Assembly: GCA_040954595.2 (NCBI GenBank)
Contig: JBECUI020000038.1
Span: 1 to 64,000, forward strand
Origin: Balanoglossus misakiensis
Taxonomy: Eukaryota > Animalia > Hemichordata
Direction of reading: 5' to 3'
DNA: 64,000 bases
Part shown: positions 37,313 to 49,210 of the stretch, one piece after another
Layout: the number at the start of each line of letters is the position of its first letter
How positions within the stretch are numbered: position 1 is the stretch's first letter
Made by a program: the position numbers and the translations under genes
Notes under the pieces: generated by a model
What the model was told of the DNA's origin: nothing
What the model saw: the letters and a program-made list of their open reading frames with translations, nothing else
Database searches by the model: none

Positions 37313-40300
37313 ATTAATTTGAGGCCATCGCTTTCGTCAATTTCCCTGCGCTCCCCCTGGTAGTTTACGTCCAGTCCCTTACTTGTAATTGTCTTTGTTT
37401 GGCAACTGCAGGCCAAAAAGTTTTACTACCATGAATAAATCTACCCTAATCGATTATTCATAAAAGTACAACGTTTTTTTTTTTGGAACTACTGTCGACA
37501 TTGTAAAAACCCCAGGTAGTAACTTGGGGGTGAAACAAGGCAACTCTCAGTAGCTCCTGGGAACAGTTCAATTTCAAGGTCATATCATTAAATGTGCTGG
37601 TCCAGTGAAAAAAAATGGGTCTCATGAACGTTCCCCAATTCATGACTCATCGCCAAGGTCCTTGGAATGAAGCACATTTTAAAACAGGCAACTGGTCTGG
37701 TCTTTTGCTTTGTCAACTTTCGACAAGCTTTAGCCGTGCATGCCCTGTAAGTCACAATGCACATTAGACATCAACATTACTTTAGAACATGGTGAATTTC
37801 ACACAGTGTGTAGGTTATATTATTGACTGCTACAATATTTTCAGTGTTTGGGTGTAAAATGAACCCAGGTAGCTGGCAGTTGAAACACTACTGAACAAAC
37901 AGTTTCATGTCAATGTAATCCAGACATTATCACTGAAGAGGTGTGAACGAGCGAAGACATTCAGGAGGCTCCTCTGTGCAAACACTGCCCTTGGCTACCA
38001 GCTGTGAAGTGATATGATAGAATTGTACCACATCAACTAGCAAGGCCCTGCACTGTAAGATGTTAAGTGTTATTTTTTGTGTGTTTTATTTGGTCCCATT
38101 TGTATAGGTATATACAGTGGGACCTTATGGATTTGGTTGCGTCTGTATGTATGTATGGACATATGGACGGATAGATGGATGTATGTCCGTACACATCAAA
38201 AACTTGAAAACCGTTGCGCCAATAACCTCGATATTTGGTGTGTAGATGCATGCTAGGCTGTAGATGGGAGTTTGTTCAAACGAAGTTGTCATTGCCAAAA
38301 ATATATACAAATTAGCTGGGAAAACCTTAATTTGGTCAAAACTCAGAAACACGACAAGTCCTGGTCATGTTGATTTGAAAAAATGGTATGATAGTACCTT
38401 ATATTAGCCTCACACATTTCTGTATGTTTTAAGCTAATAGTGTGAATTTTCTACTTGTTATGCATTTTTTTGTCTTTTTCCACATTTTTGGTAAAAAATC
38501 TACTTTTCTGGAATTGATCAGCCGACTTCTGTGAAATTTACTATGGAGCTTCATATAGGTGATCTGAGTTACATGATGGATACCAACGTAAAACCACATA
38601 TTGCCACCAGTCAAATATGTTGAAAACAGTGTCATATTTGCTACCGAAACAGATCCTACTGTATCCTTTAACACCCCATTAGGGAACATGTATTCAAAGC
38701 ATAGTAAGTTTCCACAGTGGGAAAAATACATGCAGTAAATGTCACAGTGCATTGTTAACAATGCATAAATTAGATAATTAAGTCAAAGGCTGACATTTCT
38801 CACTGTGTGTGACCAGGGTATCATTTTAAACACAGACTGGACTTTGAGTATTGTGTCCAATGGAAAAAATACATCAGCATCTACGTCTGCAAAAATGGTG
38901 TCAGAACTGACATATCTTATCATGTATGCCATCGAACTCAAATGATAAAATCTTCCTTTCATGTGACCTGTCTGGTTAAAGTTTACTGCCAACATTTCAC
39001 CATGCTTTACCCACCCAAGACACAGTGTGTCAAATCCAATATTTGGTTCAATGAATGAACCATGAAAGTTTCCGAATTGGTACTACCCGAAAACGTCACA
39101 TCAAGCTAAATTTGGAATTTTGATGGGGTGGGGAGGTAAAGCTTATCTAACATATAGTCGTTTAGATTTAACACTATGCCTGTGAGTTACATGTTAATAT
39201 TTTCTGCATGTCTGTCGCGTACAATGCGTCGGTGCGCAAAAATGATCACAGGTACTATTCAGAAGAATTCCGCTGATTCATGATGACTATGTGCATGGAA
39301 AAACCCTGATTATGATCTAACTGATAAACAATAGCATGATATTAATAAAATATACACATTAACCAATGAATGAACCATCATGAAGATTGTGCCCTAACAC
39401 TTATTTAAGCTTTTATCACTATTATACCTTTGTCATTACTAAAGATATGAACAGCCCTGTACACCAAAGCTATCACCACATTTGTTAACCTTTATTACAC
39501 CATTCATATGAAACCATTCACCATCATCAACCTCTATTATATTCATTGTTTTGCCCATTATAATCTGTGTACCCTCAATTTTACCACAAACCATCACCAC
39601 ATCAGTTAACTGTTTATTAAACACTTCCACATGTGTTGCCCATTATTATACCATTGAAATTTGTAAATCGATCATTATACCTATCATACAAGCAATTGCT
39701 GATTGCTGTTAACCCTTGTGTACCACAAGCCATTATCATGAAATAGGCAACATGAATTTCACATAACACAGTTTGTCAGCTCTGAAAATGAAGTTATCAT
39801 GATCATTATCTATGCTAATTAAAAGTGTACGTGGGAAATTGACCTTAGCAGGCGCTGCCTTATTAAGCTCAAAGTCAGAGTATAAATAAATGTACAGGCG
39901 TGTAAATTAGACAACATCAATATAACGCAGATAACACAGTTTGTCAACTCTGAGAATATTGTTCTCAGGACCATTTCCCATGCTTAATTAAAGTGTTGTG
40001 TATGTGGTACAGTTTGGATTCCTTGTCAGATTTCCTATAACACAGGTCGTGAGCCCCGAAAAGTACCATAACACAATTCTCATGAACATTTTCCATGATC
40101 AATAAAAGTGTTGTGTGTAGCATAGTCATTTTTCCGTTTGCTGTGACATTTGTCTCCCTGTGAGAGTTTAAGTAAATGTGGAAACACGCAAATTAGGCAA
40201 CACCAATATCCCGTACATAATTCAGTGTGTTTTGTTCGCATTTTTGGTTGCCATTTTGAAAATGAACAAAGGACTTTCCATTGACCAACACCCGTATGAA

Positions 40301-41574
40301 TACGTCCAAATTACCCAACTTTAATATTCCTTAAATAATTGGTCAGCTCTGCAAATATTTTTCACCTGACCACTTCCTTAGCTAGGTAAGAGTGTTGTTT
40401 ATGTAATAATATTAATATAATATTTATAACTTATGTAGCACATTAAATCTCAACATGCTTTAAAGTTGTTCCATGGTCATTTGACCTAGGTCGTTGGACC
40501 TAAACATTCCATTCAACTCCCTGGGGAGTACAGCTCACCATCATTAGCAATGTCAAATTACAGTGCTTTTGGCCACATATCAACCTGGGGATTTACAGAC
40601 AACTTAAAATCCCCCTCAGCATGCATTTAATCCCCATGTCAAAGTGCAGAGCTTGCATCACCATCTACCCCTTACAGTACTTATGGCCATGTATTAACCT
40701 AGGGATTTACAGTCAACATTAAATACCCATGCATATATTAACCTGGGAATTTACATTCAACATTAAATACCCATGCATATATTAACCTGGGAATTTACAT
40801 TCAACATTAAATACCCATGCACATGCATTAAATACGTATGCCAAAGCGCAGAGCTTGGATCACCATCTACACTGATGCATCATTAGGCTTGCTACGCCAT
40901 TTCCCCTAATGCAAAGAATCACATTCAATGTCACCATTGTATTAGCTATGTCAAATTTCAGTGCTTTTGGACTTGTATTAACCCAGGGATTTTCAGTCAA
41001 CTTTTAATCCCCACATGCATTTAATACCCATGTCAAAGTGAAGTGTTTGCATCACTATCTACCGGGATGCATCATCAAGCTTGCATCGCCATTTACCCTG
41101 ATGCAAAGAATCAGATTCAGTGTCACCATTTCATTAGCAATGTAAAATAAAATTGCTTTTTGCCAAGTATTAACCAGGGGTACCAATTCTCTGCCCTAGC
41201 AAGGGCCAGGGGTACTTATTCTCTGCCCTAGTAAAGTTTACAATCCCATAAATCACTATTGCAATAACATGAACTATGACATGTTCAATGCACAGCAAAA
41301 CAGCAGCAACCAATCCAATTGAATGTTAAAACATGTCTCAATATTTATTATCAAATATTAATTTTTAAGATTACCCTAAGAAGTCTCTATAGTATCACAC
41401 ATTTTAACATCTAGGCTAGCTGATGATAAGTAATACTTACCAGAAACTTGTCCATATCTGATGCTTTTTGACAACAATACCAAAAGTGGTTCACAATGTG
41501 GGTCACCCATTTCAGCAGTGGTTTGCACTCTTTGTTTTGTGCAGCCTTAAAAAAACACAGAATACACTCATGAT

Positions 41575-41728
41575 TGTGATGTCCGGGGAGGGGTTATTGA
41601 CAGTCGACAACGACGGAGTTCCACAGAAGTGATGTTTATTGAATGACAACCACGCGGGAACTAACAGTTACAGGAAATCACGTATACAGACCATGTGACA
41701 ATCACGTGATCATGACAATACTATCACA
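41575..41728 (-). repeat. 3' LTR
   Basis: Identical by eye to 52896-53049. Confidence 0.96.
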
Positions 41729-42201
41729 TCTCCTCAACTTTAGAAGAAAACTTGTACTTTAAGTTTACAACTCGCTTTGGAAAGTATGAAATTTGCCAAC
41801 ACTGTCAAATTGTAATGCTTTGTGAATGATCATGTTCTAACAAACGAAAACAAACAGAACCTTAACCTTAACAAGAACTTGAGAACTTCATAACTAGGAA
41901 AATACAAATCTCCAAGAGAAAATTTGCTCTACAGAAACTCATTCCATAATGTTTGTGGACAGTCTTATGTCAATATAATCTATCCTTCTGGCATGCAATA
42001 GTCTTTGTGCCAAGGAGGTTTAGATTTTATTCTTGTTGAGCGTCTCACATCAGTACTATTGGGGTTTACATTTGTCTTAGGTGAATTTGTCACTGGCATT
42101 GTTGGAGGAACATTTACAATCGTTTCCAACGATGCTGTACCAGTAGGTGAAACAGGACTAGGACATGCTGGTCCAGTTGATTTCTGACTAGAACAGACGG
42201 G

Positions 42202-42736
42202 TTATACTGGCAAGTTATCCAGGTTGTTATGTGTAGACAAATCATGGATATGGGGGTTACAGGATGGAACACCATTTTGAACCCTTTGAGGTTGTTCATA
42301 TGTCAAATGTTTGGAGTTCCATTCAGTGCCCTGGAAGGAAAATTCTGGATATTCCTCAACATATTTCTTTACATGTCCAGTGGACCTTCTTTTTACACCT
42401 TTGGAGTTTTCCAATAATAACGCACCTCCATCTTTCTGGATGACTTTGTATGGTTCTGTCTCGAAATTGGGAGTGAGTTTGTTTTGCCTAAATGCTTGCT
42501 GGAGCAAAACAGTATCACCTTCCCTGATATCTGAGGAAGTGGCATGTCTCCTGTTGTCGGCATAGAACTTTTGTTTCATTTTCATTCTGTTGTTTCTTTC
42601 TCTCATTTTGATTTGCCAATCAGACTCATTGATTGTTTGGGATGGAATTCTCAGTCTAGGAATTTTGTCCCTAAACTCTCTTCCCATCAGAGCCATAGCA
42701 GGAGATATGCCTGTCACAGTATGGGGTGTATTTCTA
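42202..42736 (-). pseudogene. C-terminal part of the same integrase
   Basis: FLFE|YRNTP.TVTGISPAMALMGR continues across the YR insertion. Confidence 0.92.
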
Positions 42737-42855
42737 TATTCAAAGCCTTATCACATAGCGAGATTATTACGCCATGAATATTCATAAGACCAGTGTATAT
42801 AAGTAAGAAGAGAATGCTACTTGTGGCCAATCCCTTGCTTCCAGACTTAGAAGTG

Positions 42856-44609
42856 ATGATGACTGACGGACGCGGTAATACTCCGGCTACCACAAGCTTG
42901 CCTTTGTCGGCTACCACGGCCACTTTTACACAGGCTCATGTAGCAGGGCCTTCAGCTAGTCAAGGCAGCTCTACACGTGTTTCGGTGCAAGTCCCGGAAG
43001 GCGCAGCTTCTCAGGCTCAGGTGGTGGCAGGCGATACGCCCGCTCAGCATAATAATAGGGATGGCCAAGATCAGCGTTTATCGCAGCAGCAGGTAATTAT
43101 CAGTTTTTGGCTCATTAGCGGAATGTAAATGTCCTTCGGTCTTTGGCTAGGTTTTGTACATACATGTTTCATCGGCCATATTTTGGTCGGTTTAGTTCGA
43201 TTATGTTGTTATATTTATTGGGTGTACTGTTAACACTATTGTGCAATAGTAGGCGCTCTGGGAGCACCAGGTGGAGTTGCACGAATATGTTATTATGGAT
43301 GGTGCAATAGTAGGCGCTCTGGGAGCACCAGGTGGAGTTGCACGAATATGTTATTATGGATGGTGCAATAGTAGGCGCTCTGGGAGCACCAGGTGGAGTT
43401 GCACGAATATGTTATTATGGATGGTGCAATAGTAGGCGCTCTGGGAGCACCAGGTGGAGTTGCACAAATATGTTATTATGGATGGTGCAATAGTAGGCGC
43501 TCTGGGAGCACCAGGTGGAGTTGCACGAATATGTTATTATGGATGGTGCAATAGTAGGCGCTCTGGGAGCACCAGGTGGAGTTGCACGAATATGTTACTG
43601 TGGTGGCACAATAGGTGTTCTGTGAGCACTGGGCGGAGCTGCATGAACATTGTTCATGTAGTGGAGAGCAATAAAGGAATATGCGGGGAGCATCGTAGAG
43701 TGTGTTAAAAAAAAAAAAAGCATTCGACTGAAGTTCCATGCAATGTTTGATATTCTGTACAACGGTTGGAATGACGGAATGTGTGCAAGGAGTGCGTAAT
43801 TAGGTAGATTTGCATATGAATGGGTAACAGTTATTTTAGAGCCACGCATACAATGGACATTGTTTAAGGCATGCCAGGTGGGGCGTGCATTCAAAAGATA
43901 CCATATGGTTGTGGAGTGCTCCTGTGAATTTGCATAAGTTCTTTCTATTGTTCTGTATGCTCATAGTATCATGCATGTTGTTTTGTGGAATACGGTCATG
44001 ATATTGGGTGTGACTTCGAATGTAGCCGAAATGGTGTCTGGTAGTGGAATTGTCTTACGCATGGGATATTGTAAAGTAACACTGTTAGATGATATCAGGA
44101 TGTGACGTTGACTGATATATTTGCCTGAATTGTTTCAGGTTAATGAGAAGTTGACACTGCTAATGAAGAAAGTTGACAAAATCGAAGAAACAGCGGGTGT
44201 AGCATCTGTAGATGAAGCCTTGCATAAAGTGATGGAATTCGCGCATACCCCAGCCTTCTCATCAAGACCACAGGTGTTGAGTGCTCTACGTACGTTGGTG
44301 GATAGAGCTACTTTGGTGTCGCATCCTAAACTGCAGAGATTTCGAGCTGTATTGTCGCAGTTTGAAGCGAATGATTTTGGAGAGGACGCTGGACGCTTGA
44401 TCATTCTGTTACTGGGTAACAAAGAGGAAGAAGAGATTGCGTCGAAAGTTTCAAAATTCTTAAAACACAGGCCTTCCAACGATCGTTTTCGTCCGTATGG
44501 CCGAGGAAGGAGAAGGCAATCGTATGGGAAAGATTTCCGATGTTTTAGATGTGGCCAGCCTGGTCATTTTGCCCGCAATTGTCGAATGAAGCCAGATCAG
44601 GAAACGTGA
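42856..44609 (+). CDS. Gag-like protein with CCHC knuckle, two exons (42856-43092, 44139-44609)
   Basis: CAG|GTAATT donor and TGTTTCAG|G acceptor, both phase 0; CFRCGQPGHFARNC; AATAAA at 44663. The splice is inferred. Confidence 0.72.
43241..43650. repeat. 61-bp minisatellite, ~6 near-identical copies plus one degenerate copy
   Basis: GTGCAATAGTAGGCGCTCTGGGAGCACCAGGTGGAGTTGCACGAATATGTTATTATGGATG at 43241, 43302, 43363, 43424, 43485, 43546. Confidence 0.95.
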
Positions 44610-44901
44610 ATTTGTCTTGTAATTCAGTGACTGTAATGACGTTATTTTGGGATACATAATGAAATAAATACACCCGTCTTTATTGTATGCTGCATATTTG
44701 TTTATTTGTGTTGACGAATGATAAGTACATGTCCCATGTTTGAAGATTTGCATGTACGTATGCATATATATAATGTGGTTTAGGTTACCTCTCGATGGGA
44801 GGGGCCTTAACTAGGCTCTTTGCTTTTGCAACCTGCCATTTGTAGGATCCTGTCGAGGGGCGCCCCCACATTTCAGGACGGTTGATATCACCGTTTTGTT
44901 G

Positions 44902-47097
44902 ATGGAATCCTCTTTTGTTTGCTGTTGGTTTCAGCCACCAGTATGGGAAAATGACTTTATGGTGGATATGCATGCTGTCCCGAGAACCCAATATTCGTGG
45001 AGAACGCTTGGGGGCGCCCCTCGTCAGGGTCCTCACCATACCTCGCCTTCGATAGCTATGATAGCACGCGGAGTAGAGTTTGCAACTCCTGATGACTTGG
45101 TATTTCGGAATACGAAAGATTTCATGGCCGGGCAGATACATGAACATGGTGATTATTGGGACATGATTACAGACCATATACATAACAAGAATGACATTAT
45201 GGACTGGATAAGGAATCGTGTTAGTATTTCACAATATTTTACCCATTTCAAGGGGGAGTTTAAAGGGCAACAGTATGATCATGATATTCCACCCCCTAGG
45301 GTGTTTCAGAATCATCCGAATTGTCGTCAGCATGGTCGGTTTATCGCTCAGACTATCGCTGAACGTGTTAAAGCTGGAGCAGTATCAGTTTGGGGGTTGG
45401 TTGGTCGCCACCAACCTCCTTATTTGGTTATGCCGATTTCGGTTGAACCGTCTAAACCGCGTATGTGTATTGACATGCGCTTTCTTAATCTATGGACGGA
45501 ACCTCGTCCGTTCCACTTAGATAAGCTTTTTGAAGTCACTAGATACTTGGCTGAAGGCGATTTTCAGTTTAAGTGTGATGATAAGAGTGGGTACGACCAC
45601 GTTTTAATACGACATACTGATAGAATGTATGTAGGATTTCAATGGGCGGGGGTGTGGTATGTGAATAATTCATTACCTTTTGGTTGGAAGTTATCGGCAT
45701 ATGTATATCACACTTTGGGATATTGTGTTACTAGTTATGCTAGATTATTGGGAGTACCTTGCATTCAATATATCGATGATAGGCATGGGGGTGGATTAAA
45801 GTTGCCAGCTGATGCAAGTTCTTCTTGGGATAGTTTGCAATGTGCACAGGCTGCAGCTTATATATTGTGTAAAATCGCTATTGATGCAGGATATTTTCTC
45901 TCTTTGGAGAAAAGTGTGTTATATCCTGTGACATCTTTGATAATGTTAGGTTTTTCAGTCGATTCGGTGAATAGATCCTTTTCTATCCCGGATGATAAAA
46001 AAACGAAGTTTTTAAATTTGCTGGAGGATGTTCTGTCACAGAGGGCAGTTCCACTTTTGACAATGCAGAAATTAATGGGGAAATGCATTTCATTTACGTT
46101 AGCATTACCATGCGCTCGGTTATATGTTCGACAAATGGCCAATGCTTGTGGGAAAGCTCAGATATCGAGTAGAGCTTTGATACCTATAAGGGGACGCTTG
46201 AAATCTGAGATTGTACAGTGGAAATCCATCTTAGATTCGGCGGGTAAATTTATTTGGCCAACCGAAAGTCATGTAGGGGTAAGGGTATTTTCTGACGCAA
46301 GTCAGTACAAATGGGGTGCGGTTATGTACGTAGCTAATAACAAGGTGGTTATAGGAGATATGTGGGATAGTAAGTGGAAAGATTTTCCCATTATAAAGAA
46401 GGAAGCAGAAGCTTTGTGTAGAGCATTGGTTGGTTTTCAAGAGCAAATTCGTAATACTCGAGTTGATGCATATATCGATGCACTTCCTATAGTACAGGCA
46501 TGGAATGGGGGAATTCCGGGAGCAAAAGATGTTGATTTGAATGAAATTTTGAAGCGTATCTTTGACTTCTGCTTTCAGCATAATGTTCGACTTACCCTTA
46601 CATATATACCTTCTAAGGCTAATGATGCCGATCTACCTTCTCGATCTACATCATTGTCAAATGCTACTTTGACCGCTGTGGTATGGCAATTCCTGGAGGA
46701 AAATTTTGGTCCTCATCATATAGATGGCATGGCTGATGTTTCTAATAAGAAGTTATCTCGATATGTGTCACAGTTTCCTCAGATAGGATGTGAGGGTGTT
46801 AATTTTTTCCAGCATGTTTTCTCAGACAAGGATACCATTTATGTGTATCCACCATTTTTCTTAGTGGCTGCGACACTTAAACATGTCATTAGTCAGAGAT
46901 TACATGCCACAGTGATTGTACCGAGAGGTCGTTTTCTGGCTTCGTATTGGCCCGTTATTAATCAATTAGCAGCTGCGGTTATAAAGTTGGGTAGTCGAGG
47001 GGAAATAGGTATTATTCAAGCCCCCTCTACTCAGGGTTATATAGATTATGAGTTGCGGTGTGACCTCTTGGCAGTCAAATTCGATTGGGATGTATAA
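44902..47097 (+). CDS. DIRS/PAT-type RT - RNase H - N6-adenine methyltransferase-like polyprotein
   Basis: DDKSGYDH, LPFGW, YIDD; FSDAS..WG, KEAEA, YIDA, NDADLPSR; IDGMA...N.K, YVYPPF; no stops. Confidence 0.95.
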   Translation: MESSFVCCWFQPPVWENDFMVDMHAVPRTQYSWRTLGGAPRQGPHHTSPSIAMIARGVEFATPDDLVFRNTKDFMAGQIHEHGDYWDMITDHIHNKNDIMDWIRNRVSISQYFTHFKGEFKGQQYDHDIPPPRVFQNHPNCRQHGRFIAQTIAERVKAGAVSVWGLVGRHQPPYLVMPISVEPSKPRMCIDMRFLNLWTEPRPFHLDKLFEVTRYLAEGDFQFKCDDKSGYDHVLIRHTDRMYVGFQWAGVWYVNNSLPFGWKLSAYVYHTLGYCVTSYARLLGVPCIQYIDDRHGGGLKLPADASSSWDSLQCAQAAAYILCKIAIDAGYFLSLEKSVLYPVTSLIMLGFSVDSVNRSFSIPDDKKTKFLNLLEDVLSQRAVPLLTMQKLMGKCISFTLALPCARLYVRQMANACGKAQISSRALIPIRGRLKSEIVQWKSILDSAGKFIWPTESHVGVRVFSDASQYKWGAVMYVANNKVVIGDMWDSKWKDFPIIKKEAEALCRALVGFQEQIRNTRVDAYIDALPIVQAWNGGIPGAKDVDLNEILKRIFDFCFQHNVRLTLTYIPSKANDADLPSRSTSLSNATLTAVVWQFLEENFGPHHIDGMADVSNKKLSRYVSQFPQIGCEGVNFFQHVFSDKDTIYVYPPFFLVAATLKHVISQRLHATVIVPRGRFLASYWPVINQLAAAVIKLGSRGEIGIIQAPSTQGYIDYELRCDLLAVKFDWDV

Positions 47098-47316
47098 ATC
47101 ATGTAGTTGTTACTATTTATGGGATATATGATGGGTATACAGTAAATGGTTTTTCTTCTTTGGTGAATTTGTAGTATTGCAAAAGATCGTTAGGATTTTG
47201 ATAGAGATATTATAAGTGTATCTTCTATTAATGTCAATATTATCTGGTATGAAATAAATAAAATATTTTATGTCTTAGTAGACTGATGAATGGGTGTCTC
47301 TTATGATTTCTTCTAG

Positions 47317-48585
47317 ACATGTTGGATTTGTGGTGCTTTGAATGATACAACATCTCAGTCATGTGGTGTCTGTTCATCAAAAGCGATCCAAGGAACCGGT
47401 TTAAATGACTTCAACGGTGTTGACCTTCATCATATCGACCAACGTATCTCGGATTTATTAGGGGATCGATCTCCGTATGAGAAACAGAAAGACCGCTTAA
47501 TACAAGAACTTGAGTTATTCCTTGCAAGACTCCCTGTGCCCAAGCCTGTAAGCCGAGCTAGCCCGCACGATATTGTTAGGTTTTTAGTCTTTAAGGATAA
47601 AGATGCGAAAACGCAAGTCCATCGTTACACATGTGCATACTTAGGTCAGCCTGGTCGTGCGCCATGCGGTTGTCCTAAACGTCTGAGGATAGGTTCAGCC
47701 AAAAACATGATATCTAAGATCTCTTCATATTTTCAAGCACGACAAAAAGAAAATCCGAATCAGCGTTTTTGTAACCCCACTGATAGTATAATGGTGCAAA
47801 GGTATTTAAAGAAAATCTCTGAGGAGCAGGCACAAGCGAATGTGACAGTCAGACAGGCTAAGCCGTTATTTTTGCCGAAGGTCATTTGCGTCTTTGAGCA
47901 TTTGTTAAAGTTACTCTCTTCATGTTCGTCACCACTCTTAGCATATATATATGCTAGAGACATGGCCGTGTTTAAGCTTTTATTTTTCTCAGGTGATAGA
48001 GCAGGGGATCTGGGTCACATTAAGACACAGGAGGTTCTTCGTTTCCCCGATAATTCAGGTTTGCTTTTCAATCATACATTTGGGAAGACTCTTCGTGGAT
48101 GTAATTCAAATATGTTTGTACTTAAGAGATGTGCGGATACCCGTTTGTGTCCTGTAAATACTTTAGAGCGATATATTGATTTGTCTTTAAATCTAGGTGT
48201 AGATATCATGACTGGGTATTTGTTTAGACCCACTAAACCTAATGGTGATATAGAGAACAAACCTTTGTCATCGCAGGTTATATATCATCGGCTTAAACTT
48301 TATTTACAATCACTTAATATGGATGAAGGTGAGACACCACACAGTCTGAGAAGTGCGTGTGCTATCACTATGTCGTTAGCGGGTGCTCACGTAGATGAAG
48401 TCATGAGTCATGTGGGTTGGAAAACTGAGAAGATGGCTGATTATTATACTAAGCTGTCAGTTGTTGCCAATATTGGCCGCCAAGGCAATAGAACGGAGGA
48501 TTTGCTTGCTTCCATGCGACATATTGAAAGGTATAATGCAACTGAGAAACTTGTTGGATTCACAAGGGCTTTTCAGGCCAAGTAA
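47317..48585 (+). CDS. Tyrosine recombinase with N-terminal CxxC-x10-CxxC; 5' end probably spliced
   Basis: GDRAGDL, GKTLR, CPV, HSLR, HVGW, DYY catalytic set. No ATG upstream of the zinc finger; TTCTTCTAG acceptor at 47316. Confidence 0.93.
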   Translation, partial: TCWICGALNDTTSQSCGVCSSKAIQGTGLNDFNGVDLHHIDQRISDLLGDRSPYEKQKDRLIQELELFLARLPVPKPVSRASPHDIVRFLVFKDKDAKTQVHRYTCAYLGQPGRAPCGCPKRLRIGSAKNMISKISSYFQARQKENPNQRFCNPTDSIMVQRYLKKISEEQAQANVTVRQAKPLFLPKVICVFEHLLKLLSSCSSPLLAYIYARDMAVFKLLFFSGDRAGDLGHIKTQEVLRFPDNSGLLFNHTFGKTLRGCNSNMFVLKRCADTRLCPVNTLERYIDLSLNLGVDIMTGYLFRPTKPNGDIENKPLSSQVIYHRLKLYLQSLNMDEGETPHSLRSACAITMSLAGAHVDEVMSHVGWKTEKMADYYTKLSVVANIGRQGNRTEDLLASMRHIERYNATEKLVGFTRAFQAK

Positions 48586-49210
48586 AATGTGGGCGACTTT
48601 TCTGTGATCTGTTATATTATACGCAGCTACATGGTAGTTTCAATATAATAAATAGTATATACTTGTGGCTTGGACACTCCTCTTTCGTCCGTTTCCTTAT
48701 TGACGTAAACCAGTGGGGGGAGTGGGGATTGAGGTTTGAGGATTGGGGATTTAGGTGGGGGAATCTTTGAGGAGAGTTTTATAAATAATGAATATCGCGG
48801 GCAAATGGACAACATCAGGCTCTTTAACCCATTCCTTATAATAATAGGTATATCATTGAGCGGAGTGATTAGGCTTTAAATATTATATTATTCAAAGCCT
48901 TATCACATAGCGAGATTATTACGCCATGAATATTCATAAGACCAGTGTATATAAGTAAGAAGAGAATGCTACTTGTGGCCAATCCCTTGCTTCCAGACTT
49001 ATAGAAGTTAAGATGTAATTAGGATCGAGTACCCAGGAGGGGGATAAGGTGACTATGTAGGAGGAAGTGGGGATCGGGTAAGGTGTTCGCCCACCCGCCC
49101 ACCCCCTTTTTATCATTTCGCTCATGATTACCAACATCAGGCTCTTTAACCCATTCCTTATAATAATAGGTATATCATTGAGCGGAGTGATTAGGCTTTA
49201 AATATTATAT

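Larger units (their letters stand above)
36010..41180 (+). repeat. Locally duplicated modular repeat region, paralogous to 59350-64000
   Basis: 38778-40640 matches 59350-61048; 36020-36540 matches 40125-40640, 60530-61048 and 62030-62190; 36889-37310 matches 61445-61853. Confidence 0.88.

Noticed and set aside
43241-43650. CRISPR-like repeat array
   Set aside because: Units are wholly identical with no unique spacers; no cas genes; eukaryotic context.
47317-48585. Prophage or bacterial integrase / retron contamination
   Set aside because: Embedded with gag, RT/RH and split direct repeats typical of DIRS-order elements, inside a eukaryotic Gypsy.
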